A stretch of 25,126 bases of DNA from assembly GCA_005789925.1 (NCBI GenBank), contig SXWG01000156.1, forward strand, positions 1-25,126. Reading direction: 5' to 3'. Under the pieces are notes generated by a model that made no database searches, was not told the origin of the DNA, and worked only from the letters and a program-made list of their open reading frames with translations. Origin of the DNA: Actinomycetota bacterium (GTDB lineage Bacteria > Actinomycetota > Acidimicrobiia > Acidimicrobiales > Ilumatobacteraceae). Positions within the stretch are counted from its first letter, which is position 1. Each line of letters begins with the position of its first letter. A program made the translations under genes and the position numbers. This document shows positions 7,230-15,762 of this stretch, piece by piece.

Positions 7230-8126
7230 TCAACCAGAGGTTGTTGGTTCCTCTGCGGGGGCTTCCTCTTCGGTGCCTTCGGTGCCGTCACCGGAGTCTT
7301 CATTGCCCGCGGGCCAGATGCGTGGCCACAGTTCTTCATACGAGGGGACCTCGCACTCCACGTCTGATGTCACAACTTCGGCTTGGGTCTCGGTCTTGGC
7401 GCTGGCGGCCACTTCTGCACGAGCCAAGTTTCGCATCGTGCTCAACACACCGAACGCTGTGCCGAACTCGTTCTGCTGTGCATTGACGGTCTCATACACC
7501 GCTTCATACTGTGTCTCGTCGGTGATGTAGTCCTTGATCAACACAAGAGCGGTGTCCCAAGTGTCAAGGAACACATACAGCTTGTCCACGCACTCGAGCA
7601 CCGGATCGGCAGAGAGCACGGTCGCTTTACCAATTGACGTCGACAACTTAAGACGGTACTCCTTGTAACTGTCAGCGCGACCTTCCTCGTCTTTCAGTCG
7701 TTCGCCGAACTCTGAGCCTTCGGTTCCGAGATCTTGGTCGCGCACAAAGGACCACAGTGAGTCGACACGCGTCGACAACAAGTCAACGGAGACAGATAGG
7801 TCAGCGAGAGCTTCTGTCCAGATGCCGGTCATGGTTTCAAGGCGCGTCGCACGACGCTCTTCTGCTGCACTGTTCTGTCCCGACCGCAACGTGGCGAATG
7901 CACCCGCATATGCGACGAGCGCCGAAGAGAACACTGTCGCAAACGCAACGATGAACTCGGACGACTTGAAGAACGACTGCTTTGATCCATCCTTGTTGCG
8001 CTTCCTGCGTCGAAGAATCCAAAAGCGACGGCCGGCCTTGCCAGTTGAGATGCCCTCTGGCTCCACCGAATCTGCCGTCGTCGGTGGTTCTGGAATTGGA
8101 AGTTGGCCGTCCCCCGCGTCACTCAC
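7230..8126 (-). CDS. Single-pass membrane hypothetical protein, 298 aa
   Basis: Start corrected to GTG 8126 (TACTGT -10 box 7 nt upstream), which removes the overlap with map. Basic cluster RRRKRNK precedes the TM IVAFATVFSSALVAYAGAFATL. A helical domain and an acidic tail follow. Confidence 0.7.
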   Translation of the reverse strand: MSDAGDGQLPIPEPPTTADSVEPEGISTGKAGRRFWILRRRKRNKDGSKQSFFKSSEFIVAFATVFSSALVAYAGAFATLRSGQNSAAEERRATRLETMTGIWTEALADLSVSVDLLSTRVDSLWSFVRDQDLGTEGSEFGERLKDEEGRADSYKEYRLKLSTSIGKATVLSADPVLECVDKLYVFLDTWDTALVLIKDYITDETQYEAVYETVNAQQNEFGTAFGVLSTMRNLARAEVAASAKTETQAEVVTSDVECEVPSYEELWPRIWPAGNEDSGDGTEGTEEEAPAEEPTTSG

Positions 8127-8187
8127 GCATTCAACAGTAGACCGGTTGGGCAGAGCCACCAGATTCCGCCGTAGCCTGAGAGACACT

Positions 8188-9162
8188 GTGACGACAATTC
8201 CCGACGTGCTTCCCGCCTCGAACGACCCCTGCTGGTGTGGCAGCGGTCGTAAGTACAAGCGGTGCCACAAAGGTTCTGAAGGACGCATTCAGCCTGGTGT
8301 CGTCAGCCCGATGCGACCGGTGCCAGGCCACATTGCAACGCCGCATTACGCCGACACTGGCGTCGTGAAGCGCACAGATGAAGCGCGTGTCAGAGCACCA
8401 GAGGTCATCGAGCGAATGCGTCACGCCGGGGTCATGGCCGCCGACATACTTCGTCGCGCCGGCGAAGTGGTGAAACCCGGTGTTACCACTGAAGAGATCG
8501 ACATTTTCGTGCACGACCTCACCATCGAATGTGGTGCATACCCGAGCCCGCTCAACTATCACGGGTATCCGAAGAGCGTGTGCACCAGCGTGAACGAAGT
8601 CATCTGCCATGGCATTCCCGACTCTCGCGCTCTTGAAGAAGGCGACATCGTGAACCTTGATGTCACCGTCTTCCTGAATGGTGTGCACGGCGACACCAAC
8701 GCAACGTTTCCGGTCGGCAGCATCAGCCAGACAGACGCCGATCTCATTCGCATCACCGAAGAATGCATGTGGAAAGGCATCGAGGCCGTTGTTCCAGGAC
8801 AACCCATCAATGAAATTGGTCGCGCCATCGAGAACCATGCGAAGCAGCACAAACTGGGTGTGGTTCGTGCCTTCATCGGACACGGCATCGGTGAGAACTT
8901 CCACACCGACATTCAGGTGCTCCACTATTTCGACCCGCGACACACGATGGTCATGAGGCCAGGAATGACGTTCACGATCGAGCCGATGATCACTCTCGGC
9001 ACATGGCAGCACCGCATGTGGGATGACGAGTGGACAGCGGTCACCTCTGACGGCAGCCGCACAGCGCAGTTCGAGCACATGGTCGTGGTCACCGAGACCG
9101 GCGTCGAGGTGCTCACCGCAGGGCCAGGAGCTGTGTCTCCCAGTGCCCCGTGGAAGCGGTAG
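8188..9162 (+). CDS. map: Type I methionine aminopeptidase with N-terminal SEC-C zinc motif
   Basis: [57 protein letters not shown]-terminal [16 protein letters not shown]. Start corrected to GTG 8188. Confidence 0.95.
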   Translation: MTTIPDVLPASNDPCWCGSGRKYKRCHKGSEGRIQPGVVSPMRPVPGHIATPHYADTGVVKRTDEARVRAPEVIERMRHAGVMAADILRRAGEVVKPGVTTEEIDIFVHDLTIECGAYPSPLNYHGYPKSVCTSVNEVICHGIPDSRALEEGDIVNLDVTVFLNGVHGDTNATFPVGSISQTDADLIRITEECMWKGIEAVVPGQPINEIGRAIENHAKQHKLGVVRAFIGHGIGENFHTDIQVLHYFDPRHTMVMRPGMTFTIEPMITLGTWQHRMWDDEWTAVTSDGSRTAQFEHMVVVTETGVEVLTAGPGAVSPSAPWKR

Positions 9163-9185
9163 TAGTTAGCCGTAGCGTTCCGGTC

Positions 9186-10118
9186 GTGATTCGTCCAGAG
9201 GACGCCGCGCGATACATCGCCTTTGATCGCACCGAATGGGCCGACCTTCGTGCATCGACGCCTCTGACCATTCGCGAGCGCGACCTCGCGGAACTTCGCG
9301 GCATCAACGAGTACATCGAGCTAGACGAAGTCGCTGCCGTGCACCTACCAATCACGCGGCTTCTCAACTTGTATGTGAGTGCCACTCAGAACCTGCACAA
9401 GGTGTCGTCCACATTCCTCGGCACGATCGCACCGAAGGTTCCCTACATCATCGGCGTTGCCGGGTCAGTCGCCGTGGGAAAAAGCACGTTCGCCCGAATC
9501 CTCCAGGCGCTACTTGCACGATGGCCTGAACACCCGAAAGTCGACCTCATCACCACTGATGGTTTCTTGCTCCCGAACCAAGTGCTGCTTGATCGCGGCA
9601 TCATGAATCGCAAAGGTTTTCCCGAGAGCTACGACACCAAGCAATTGTTGCAGTTCCTTCGTGAGGTCAAAGGTGGCGCCCCGGAGGTCTCGGCACCGGT
9701 GTACAGCCATGTTCTATATGACATTGTTTCCGAAGCTGAAGTCGTCATTCGTCAGCCCGACATTCTCATTCTCGAAGGACTCAACGTGTTGCAGGTCGGC
9801 GCCGAGACAGATGAGTTCGTGTCGGACTACTTCGACTTCTCGATCTACATCGACGCCGACGAAGGCCACATTGAAGACTGGTACATCGACCGTTTCAAGA
9901 CCTTGCGTGAGACGGTGTTCAAAGATCCAAACAGTTTCTTTCGAAACTACGCACACCTCAATGAAGACGAAGCGATTGAAATCGCACGCGGCATCTGGCG
10001 TGACATCAACGGCAAGAACTTGTCTGAGAACATCGAGCCGACGAAGGCTCGCGCGTCACTCGTGGTTCAAAAAGGACACGACCACCGCGTGACCGGAGTG
10101 CATCTGCGCAAGCTTTAG
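9186..10118 (+). CDS. coaA: Type I pantothenate kinase
   Basis: [45 protein letters not shown]. Start is GTG 9186, 7 nt after TAGCGT. Confidence 0.97.
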   Translation: MIRPEDAARYIAFDRTEWADLRASTPLTIRERDLAELRGINEYIELDEVAAVHLPITRLLNLYVSATQNLHKVSSTFLGTIAPKVPYIIGVAGSVAVGKSTFARILQALLARWPEHPKVDLITTDGFLLPNQVLLDRGIMNRKGFPESYDTKQLLQFLREVKGGAPEVSAPVYSHVLYDIVSEAEVVIRQPDILILEGLNVLQVGAETDEFVSDYFDFSIYIDADEGHIEDWYIDRFKTLRETVFKDPNSFFRNYAHLNEDEAIEIARGIWRDINGKNLSENIEPTKARASLVVQKGHDHRVTGVHLRKL

Positions 10119-10477
10119 CGATGAATCGCGTTCAGGTAGTTGTACACGGTGATTCGTGATACTCCCATCGCGTCTGCCACGTCTTCCACTGCTCGGCGCA
10201 AAGTAAACGCCCCGAGCTCGTCGAGCAAACGAATGGCCTTTTGTTTGTCGTTACGTGACAGTCGCGAGAGTGGGCCGCCTAGTTCGCGTTCAACCGAGTC
10301 AATGAGGCGATCAAGCGCACCATGAAGTGGTGGAAGTCGCACGAGTGCGACGGTCTTTCCTTCCCACTGAATCGGAATGTCAGCTGGTTGCTGGTCATCT
10401 GACGACACAATCTGCGCACCGAGTGCAGCAAGCATCGGACTGATGGCTGCGAGGAGGGGGTGTTGAGCAGCGTCCAT
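10115..10477 (-). CDS. Helix-turn-helix protein with YheO-like C-terminal HTH
   Basis: [43 protein letters not shown] matches the YheO C-terminal HTH pattern. ATG directly follows the upstream TAA. Confidence 0.8.
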   Translation of the reverse strand: MDAAQHPLLAAISPMLAALGAQIVSSDDQQPADIPIQWEGKTVALVRLPPLHGALDRLIDSVERELGGPLSRLSRNDKQKAIRLLDELGAFTLRRAVEDVADAMGVSRITVYNYLNAIHR

Positions 10478-10720
10478 TTATTCGGGTCGTTCCGCATGGA
10501 CACTGACGTGAGTCGCACCGTTTTTGTAGGCGGCATCAAGCAAGGCTGCGACAGCGGTCGCGACCGACTCGCTTGGCGCTGAGAACGTGGAGCCGAACGG
10601 ACCGAAATCGACAGCGAAACCGAGCGCCTCAACAGCAGCAACAGCAGCTGTCACGTGCGGACCCGGCTCACCTTCGATGAACGGTTCGATGGTGAATTCA
10701 ACGTCGATATGTCGAGCCAC
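10478..10720 (-). CDS. Small thiamine-binding-protein-like (ferredoxin-fold) protein, 80 aa
   Basis: VEFTIEPF...DFGPFGSTFS...GATHVSV resembles the YkoF/thiamine-binding family. Leaderless TAGCAT-6nt-GTG start. Confidence 0.6.
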   Translation of the reverse strand: MARHIDVEFTIEPFIEGEPGPHVTAAVAAVEALGFAVDFGPFGSTFSAPSESVATAVAALLDAAYKNGATHVSVHAERPE

Positions 10721-10729
10721 GTACTGATG

Positions 10730-11257
10730 CTAAGCGATGACCGCACGGTAACTCACCAGCCGAGGCAGAACCAGCGCGAGAGTGTCTGGAAGAAAGTTCT
10801 TCGCGGTGAGCCACTCGACGAGATGATGTGGCTTCACCCACTCCGCCCTCTGCACTTCACCGTCAGCGAATTGAAAGGGTCCGTTGTGAACAATCGAGTA
10901 ACACCAGGCGAGTAACAACGCAGATTCGTCGTCGTAGGCACCACTACCAAGTGGCTGCAAGATGGCGCTGTCGATGCCCAGTTCTTCCGCAAGCTCGCGA
11001 TGCGCCGCCGCCTCGGGATCCTCCCCAGGTGCGATGACTCCACCGACGGCACAATCCCACCACTCGGGCCAGAGATCCTTGTGCTCTGCGCGCTGATGGA
11101 TGAGCAGGTCTCCGTCATCAGAAAGCACCGCGATGAACACCGAGCGGTGGCGCAAGTTCTCGCGACGCATCTGTGCGCGTGTGACGAGACGAAGAACATT
11201 GCCACTGCGATCGACTTCTTCGACCATTTCGGCTTCGGCGCCCTGCCTTGCTGACAT
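10730..11257 (-). CDS. Nudix hydrolase (YfcD/IDI type-1-like)
   Basis: Nudix box GGVIAPGEDPEAAAHRELAEELGI, plus VDRSGNVL, RHRSVFI and QRAEHKDLWP. Start is uncertain (11263, 11257 or 11227). Confidence 0.85.
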   Translation of the reverse strand: MSARQGAEAEMVEEVDRSGNVLRLVTRAQMRRENLRHRSVFIAVLSDDGDLLIHQRAEHKDLWPEWWDCAVGGVIAPGEDPEAAAHRELAEELGIDSAILQPLGSGAYDDESALLLAWCYSIVHNGPFQFADGEVQRAEWVKPHHLVEWLTAKNFLPDTLALVLPRLVSYRAVIA

Positions 11258-11279
11258 GGGCATGTGCCTACCATTGGGC

Positions 11280-12554
11280 ATGGCTAAATCCTCGGAGACC
11301 GGCAGCACCGACAGCGTGCGCGAGCGACATGGGGCACCGGTCGGCGTGCTCGAGCAGGCCTCTGACGTGTTCGACCAGACAGTCGCTTTGCGCCGCAATC
11401 TGCATCGCTGGCCAGAGTTGGGCAACGACCTGCCAAAGACTCGCGAGCAGGTGATGGAGCAGATTCAACACCTCCCCCTCGACATCACGTTGCACTCGAC
11501 CACAAGTGGCATCGCGGCGATGTTGACAGGTGACAAGCCTGGTCCGACGGTGTTGCTTCGCGGCGACATGGACGCATTGCCAATGCCTGAGGACACCGAC
11601 ATCGATTTCAAGTCGAACGTGGACGGCATGATGCACGCCTGTGGTCACGACCAACACACCGCCATGTTGGTCGGTGCAGCCAAGGTGTTGTCTGCGCGCA
11701 AGTCCGACATCGCGGGACGCGTGTTGTTCATGTTCCAACCCGGTGAAGAAGGCTTCGGCGGTGCCAATTACATGTTGGATGAAGGCATCTTGGATGTGCC
11801 TCATCTCGCCGACGGATCCGAGTCACCCGTCACGGGTGCATTCGCGTTGCATGTGTCGACCAACATTCCGAACGGAATGCTCGCCATCAAAGGTGGTCCG
11901 ACGATGGCTTCGAGCGACACCTTGTCGATCACCATCACAGGAAGAGGTGGTCATGCCAGTTCGCCGCACTTCGCACTCGACCCCGTCCCTGTCGCCTGCG
12001 AAATCGTGCAGGCACTTCAAATCATGGTCACGCGCCGACTCGATGTCTTCGACCCGGGCGTCGTCACCGTCACCACAATCAGCGCCGGCACCGCGAGCAA
12101 CGTCATTCCAGAGTCGGTCGTAATCAAAGGCACCATTCGCGCTGTAAGCGAAGGAACGCGCAACAAGATCCATGACAACATCCGTCGTCTTGCTGAAACC
12201 ATCGCAGCAGCACACGAGATGACTGCCAACGTCGAACTTGGCTGGGGTTACCCCGTCACCGTGAACGATGCAGACTTCGCAGACTTCGCATTCGATGTCG
12301 CAACTGCACTGGTGGGTGACAAAGCCGTCATCAAGATGCCGGCACCTGTCATGGGCGCTGAAGACTTCAGCTACGTGCTGAACAAAGTGCCGGGCTCGAT
12401 GATGTTCCTTGGTGCGTCACCAGATGGCGTCGACCCACGCACGGCCCCACCGAACCACAGCAACCGCGCAGTGTTCAACGAAGCCACGATGAAGAACGGT
12501 GTTGCGATGTACACCTCGATGGCGTTGCGCCACCTCGGTATTCCGTTGTCCTGA
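11280..12554 (+). CDS. M20 family amidohydrolase (Acy1/HipO-like)
   Basis: RRNLHRWPELG, LRGDMDALP, MHACGHD, FQPGEEG, GRGGHAS, MGAEDFS, PNHS. Start corrected to ATG 11280 (TACCAT 5 nt upstream). Confidence 0.92.
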   Translation: MAKSSETGSTDSVRERHGAPVGVLEQASDVFDQTVALRRNLHRWPELGNDLPKTREQVMEQIQHLPLDITLHSTTSGIAAMLTGDKPGPTVLLRGDMDALPMPEDTDIDFKSNVDGMMHACGHDQHTAMLVGAAKVLSARKSDIAGRVLFMFQPGEEGFGGANYMLDEGILDVPHLADGSESPVTGAFALHVSTNIPNGMLAIKGGPTMASSDTLSITITGRGGHASSPHFALDPVPVACEIVQALQIMVTRRLDVFDPGVVTVTTISAGTASNVIPESVVIKGTIRAVSEGTRNKIHDNIRRLAETIAAAHEMTANVELGWGYPVTVNDADFADFAFDVATALVGDKAVIKMPAPVMGAEDFSYVLNKVPGSMMFLGASPDGVDPRTAPPNHSNRAVFNEATMKNGVAMYTSMALRHLGIPLS

Positions 12555-12559
12555 CTCGG

Positions 12560-12994
12560 TCAACGACCTGAGTGTCCGAAACCACCACCGCGGTCATTGC
12601 CGCCAAGTTCATCAACAACCACCCAGTCCACGTCTTCCACTTTCTGAATGACGAGCTGGGCGATGCGATCACCTCGTGACACGCGATACGGCCGTGTCGG
12701 GTCTGTGTTCAACAGCACCACTTTCAATTCACCGCGATAACCAGAGTCGATCAAACCGGGTGCATTCACCACACTGATTCCGTGGTTCAACGCAAGACCA
12801 CTGCGTGGCAACACGAACCCTGCATACCCCTCAGGCAGCGCGATGGCAATACCCGTGGGCATGAGCAGTCGTCCACCAGCTGGCGCAATGACACCGTCGT
12901 TGCGCGCATGCAGGTCAGTTCCGGCATCGCCATGACTCGCAGTGCGTGGCAAAGGCAGGGATTCATCGAGTTGCTTGATGTGAACCGCGACCAT
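12560..12994 (-). CDS. dut: dUTP diphosphatase
   Basis: DAGTDL, PRSGLA, GLIDSGYRGE, GDRIAQL and a C-terminal Gly-rich motif V. Start is ATG 12994, 7 nt after TAGCGT. Confidence 0.96.
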   Translation of the reverse strand: MVAVHIKQLDESLPLPRTASHGDAGTDLHARNDGVIAPAGGRLLMPTGIAIALPEGYAGFVLPRSGLALNHGISVVNAPGLIDSGYRGELKVVLLNTDPTRPYRVSRGDRIAQLVIQKVEDVDWVVVDELGGNDRGGGFGHSGR

Positions 12995-13054
12995 TGCCCT
13001 CACGCTAGGCATTCCAATCCCTTCTCTCCCAGACCAGCGACCTAGATTGTCTGG

Positions 13055-13597
13055 GTGCTGATTTGGATGGACCTAGAGATGACCGGTCTCAATCCAGAAG
13101 TGCACACCATCGTCGAAATCGCCACCATCGTCACCGATGACGAGCTGAACGTGGTGGCCGAGGGGCCCGATCTTGTCATTCATCAGCCCGATGATGTGCT
13201 GGCTCACATGGAACCGATCGTTGTCGAGATGCACACCAAGTCGGGGCTGCTCGAGGCCATCAAGACGTCGACCATGTCCTTAGATGAAGCCACTCGCCTG
13301 ACGCTCGATTTCATCCGTGAACACAGCCCAGAGCCGAACAAGATTCCGCTGTGTGGAAACTCGATTGGCACAGACCGGCGCTTCCTTGCCAAGTACATGC
13401 CCGACATCGAACACTGGTTGCACTACCGGTGCGTCGACGTCTCGAGTGTGAAGGAACTCGTGAAGCGTTGGTACCCAGGTCTTGAACATGCACGCCCATC
13501 GAAGGGTGGCACGCATCGTGCACTCGACGACGTCAAAGAGAGCATCAGCGAGTTGCGTTTCTATCGCGACAAGATCTTCAAGGAGAAGAAGTCGTGA
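13055..13597 (+). CDS. orn: Oligoribonuclease
   Basis: WMDLEMTGL, LCGNSIGTDRRFL, HYRCVDVSSVKEL, HRALDD (DEDDh). TAGATT-6nt-GTG start. Confidence 0.97.
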   Translation: MLIWMDLEMTGLNPEVHTIVEIATIVTDDELNVVAEGPDLVIHQPDDVLAHMEPIVVEMHTKSGLLEAIKTSTMSLDEATRLTLDFIREHSPEPNKIPLCGNSIGTDRRFLAKYMPDIEHWLHYRCVDVSSVKELVKRWYPGLEHARPSKGGTHRALDDVKESISELRFYRDKIFKEKKS

Positions 13598-14646
13598 GTA
13601 CCGAAGCCCCTCGCCCGTTGAAGCAAGAACAGATTGAAGCGACTGACGAAATCACCGAGGTCGCGCCGGGAATCTTGCGCACCATGTTGCCGATTGACTT
13701 CACCGGACTCGGTCACGTGAACATGTATGTGCTCGAAGATGAGCGTGGCGTCGCGGTCGTCGACCCCGGTCTTCCGAACAAAGAATGTTGGGTCGCCATC
13801 AAGCAGCGTCTGAAGAACATCGGCGTGCCGATGCGCCGTGTGCATTCGATTATCGTCACGCACAGCCACCCAGATCACTTCGGCGGTGCAGAGCGCATCC
13901 GAGACAAGTCGGGTGCCGACGTCGTGGCACACCGATTGTTCCGTTCCTGGTGGAACCCCGACGAACCAGGCGATCTCGATCCTGAGGAACTGGCGCTCTA
14001 CAGTGCGCGTCCACGTGAGCACGTCCCGTGGGGTGGCCCCGACATGGAGATTCCCTGGAAGCGACGCTTCCCGATGAACATCATCCGCCCACCGCACCGC
14101 ATGGTTCCCATGCCCACGCCGTCCATTCGTCTGCGTGAGCATGACACCATCAAGTTCGCACGACGTGAATGGTTCGCTATTCACACGCCTGGTCACACCG
14201 AAGACCACCTGTGCCTGTTCGATCCCGAAGAGGGCGTGCTCATCACTGGCGACCATGTGTTGCCCACCATCACGCCACATGTGCCCGGTTTGTCAGCATC
14301 AGATGACCCACTCAGCATGTTCTACGCGTCACTGGACAAGGTCGGTCAACTCGGTCAGCAAGTGAAGGTCGCATTGCCCGCACACGGCAACCCGTTCCAC
14401 GACATCACCAAGCGCACCGAAGAAATCAAAGAGCACCACGACGACCGCCTGCAGAGGTTGCGCGACGCCTCGAACACGCTCAATCGGCCTGCATCAGTGA
14501 TGGAGTTTGCCACCTATCTGTTCTCGCCTCGCGCCCAAGGTCCGATGGCACACAGCGAGACCTATGCCCACCTCGAGCATCTGCGCCTTCGTGGCGAATT
14601 CGAGTGCCGCAACAAAAGCGGCATCCTCGAATACGTGTTGGCGTAG
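13594..14646 (+). CDS. Metallo-beta-lactamase-fold hydrolase
   Basis: THSHPDHFGG, TPGHTEDH, GDHVLPTITP, PAHG. GTGA overlap with orn. Confidence 0.9.
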   Translation: MSTEAPRPLKQEQIEATDEITEVAPGILRTMLPIDFTGLGHVNMYVLEDERGVAVVDPGLPNKECWVAIKQRLKNIGVPMRRVHSIIVTHSHPDHFGGAERIRDKSGADVVAHRLFRSWWNPDEPGDLDPEELALYSARPREHVPWGGPDMEIPWKRRFPMNIIRPPHRMVPMPTPSIRLREHDTIKFARREWFAIHTPGHTEDHLCLFDPEEGVLITGDHVLPTITPHVPGLSASDDPLSMFYASLDKVGQLGQQVKVALPAHGNPFHDITKRTEEIKEHHDDRLQRLRDASNTLNRPASVMEFATYLFSPRAQGPMAHSETYAHLEHLRLRGEFECRNKSGILEYVLA

Positions 14647-14657
14647 GTCGTCAGCGC

Positions 14658-15449
14658 TTAGCGCGCACCGAACCACATCCCCGCTTGCACAATCGTGTCT
14701 GCCTCAACAAGCAAAACGACTTCTTGTGGCGACATGTCGAAACGGTGCACATCGACTTTTGCAACTGGTGTGATGCCGTCATGATGTTCCACCACGAAAC
14801 GCACGTTCTCGCGTAAGTGTCGGCTTGTGAGCAATTGCTCTTCCATGATCTCCCAGTACGCGGCGTTATTCATATGTTCCAGCGCATCGAAGTCCGAGAA
14901 GCGTGTCACCCACTGTGATGTCGAATGTAACGCCCCACTTGCTTGCACCACACTCGGCTTCACAACATGGCGTGCACCAACAACGCGGCCACCTGTTGAT
15001 GTCCCCCACACCTGATGAAGTGTCGGTGTGAGTTCTTTCGGCCGCATCGTCTTCATGTCGATGTGCACCCACAGTGCTGACGCATCGACCAGCACGCGAC
15101 CAGATTCATCGACCATCTGAGTGCGTCGCTCAGCCCAGTGCGACCCGAGACCAGCGACCCACGTCGCGAGCGAGAGGCGCTGAAGATAGGTCGGAAACGA
15201 GTGAACGTCGATCAGCGTGCGTCGCACCACCCATCCGTGCAGATCGTTACCGACGACTCCCGTGTCTTGACCGTCGTCTTTAGCGATGTCCTGCAGATAT
15301 CGAGCAAGGGAATCAAGTCGGCACCGGCCTCCAGGGCTTGCATCACCCAGACGGATAGGTCGTGTTGCTCGAAATAGCCGACCAGCGACCGGAGGTGCCA
15401 CGCAGTCGAGGGCGGCCACTTTGTCGTACAAGGTCACGACCTCGACCAT
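14658..15449 (-). CDS. Acyl-ACP thioesterase family (double hot-dog)
   Basis: IRLGDASPGGRCRLDSLARYLQDIA, WVVRRTLI, RFSDFDALEHMNNAAYW. Start ATG 15449 is likely but not certain. Confidence 0.85.
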   Translation of the reverse strand: MVEVVTLYDKVAALDCVAPPVAGRLFRATRPIRLGDASPGGRCRLDSLARYLQDIAKDDGQDTGVVGNDLHGWVVRRTLIDVHSFPTYLQRLSLATWVAGLGSHWAERRTQMVDESGRVLVDASALWVHIDMKTMRPKELTPTLHQVWGTSTGGRVVGARHVVKPSVVQASGALHSTSQWVTRFSDFDALEHMNNAAYWEIMEEQLLTSRHLRENVRFVVEHHDGITPVAKVDVHRFDMSPQEVVLLVEADTIVQAGMWFGAR

Positions 15450-15473
15450 AGAGCCCCACCTTCCTCCTCGCAC

Positions 15474-15490
15474 CCCTTGTGCCACAAGGG
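15474..15490. repeat. 17-bp palindrome CCCTTGTG-C-CACAAGGG, with a further half-site CTTGTGG at 15500-15506
   Basis: Read directly, in the divergent intergenic region between the thioesterase and the whiB7 leader. Confidence 0.7.
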
Positions 15491-15505
15491 TTTGGCGAGC
15501 TTGTG

Positions 15506-15546
15506 GAAAAACCGCTTGCCAGGGCTGACAAATGTGTGGTTAGGTT
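15506..15546 (+). promoter_or_regulatory. WhiB7/WblC-type promoter: A-tract GAAAAA, -35 TTGCCA, long spacer, -10 TAGGTT
   Basis: GAAAAA at 15506-15511, TTGCCA at 15516-15521, a 19-nt spacer, and TAGGTT at 15541-15546. An AT-rich box just upstream of -35 is the known WhiB7 AT-hook site. Confidence 0.65.
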
Positions 15547-15554
15547 GACACTTC

Positions 15555-15740
15555 ATGAGTTCAAACGCCGCTGCAAAAACCTTCTGGTCCACGGGTAGCC
15601 CCGTGGTCTTTGCTGCGCGCGCATTTTCCTATGCCGTGGCCTTTACGACCGCGACGTATGCCATGTGGTTTACCAAGCCGATGGCAGCGAAGCATTCGAA
15701 TAAGCGCACCGCCCGGCACCTCACGAAGGCTCAGATGTAG
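15555..15740 (+). CDS. Leader peptide (uORF) of the whiB7 attenuator, 61 aa
   Basis: ATG is 8 nt after the -10 box and the stop is 26 nt before the terminator stem. Contains 14 Ala and no Asp/Glu. Four of five Phe codons are TTT, atypical for this genome. Confidence 0.75.
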   Translation: MSSNAAAKTFWSTGSPVVFAARAFSYAVAFTTATYAMWFTKPMAAKHSNKRTARHLTKAQM

Positions 15741-15762
15741 CGAAAAGCTCCATACAAGCCGC

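Noticed and set aside
7822-8187. 122-aa N-terminal extension of map in the ORF track, and the 54-aa extension of the opposite 7230-8288 ORF
   Set aside because: Each extension is the antisense shadow of the other gene. Starts at GTG 8188 and GTG 8126 give non-overlapping divergent genes, each with a TANNNT box upstream.
12269-12292. Tandem GCAGACTTC repeat
   Set aside because: It is an in-frame codon repeat (ADF-ADF-AF) within the amidohydrolase helix, not a CRISPR or contingency repeat.
13594-14646. MBL-fold protein as a beta-lactamase
   Set aside because: The HxHxDH motif is shared by the whole superfamily. There is no signal peptide, and length and context fit a cytoplasmic housekeeping hydrolase.
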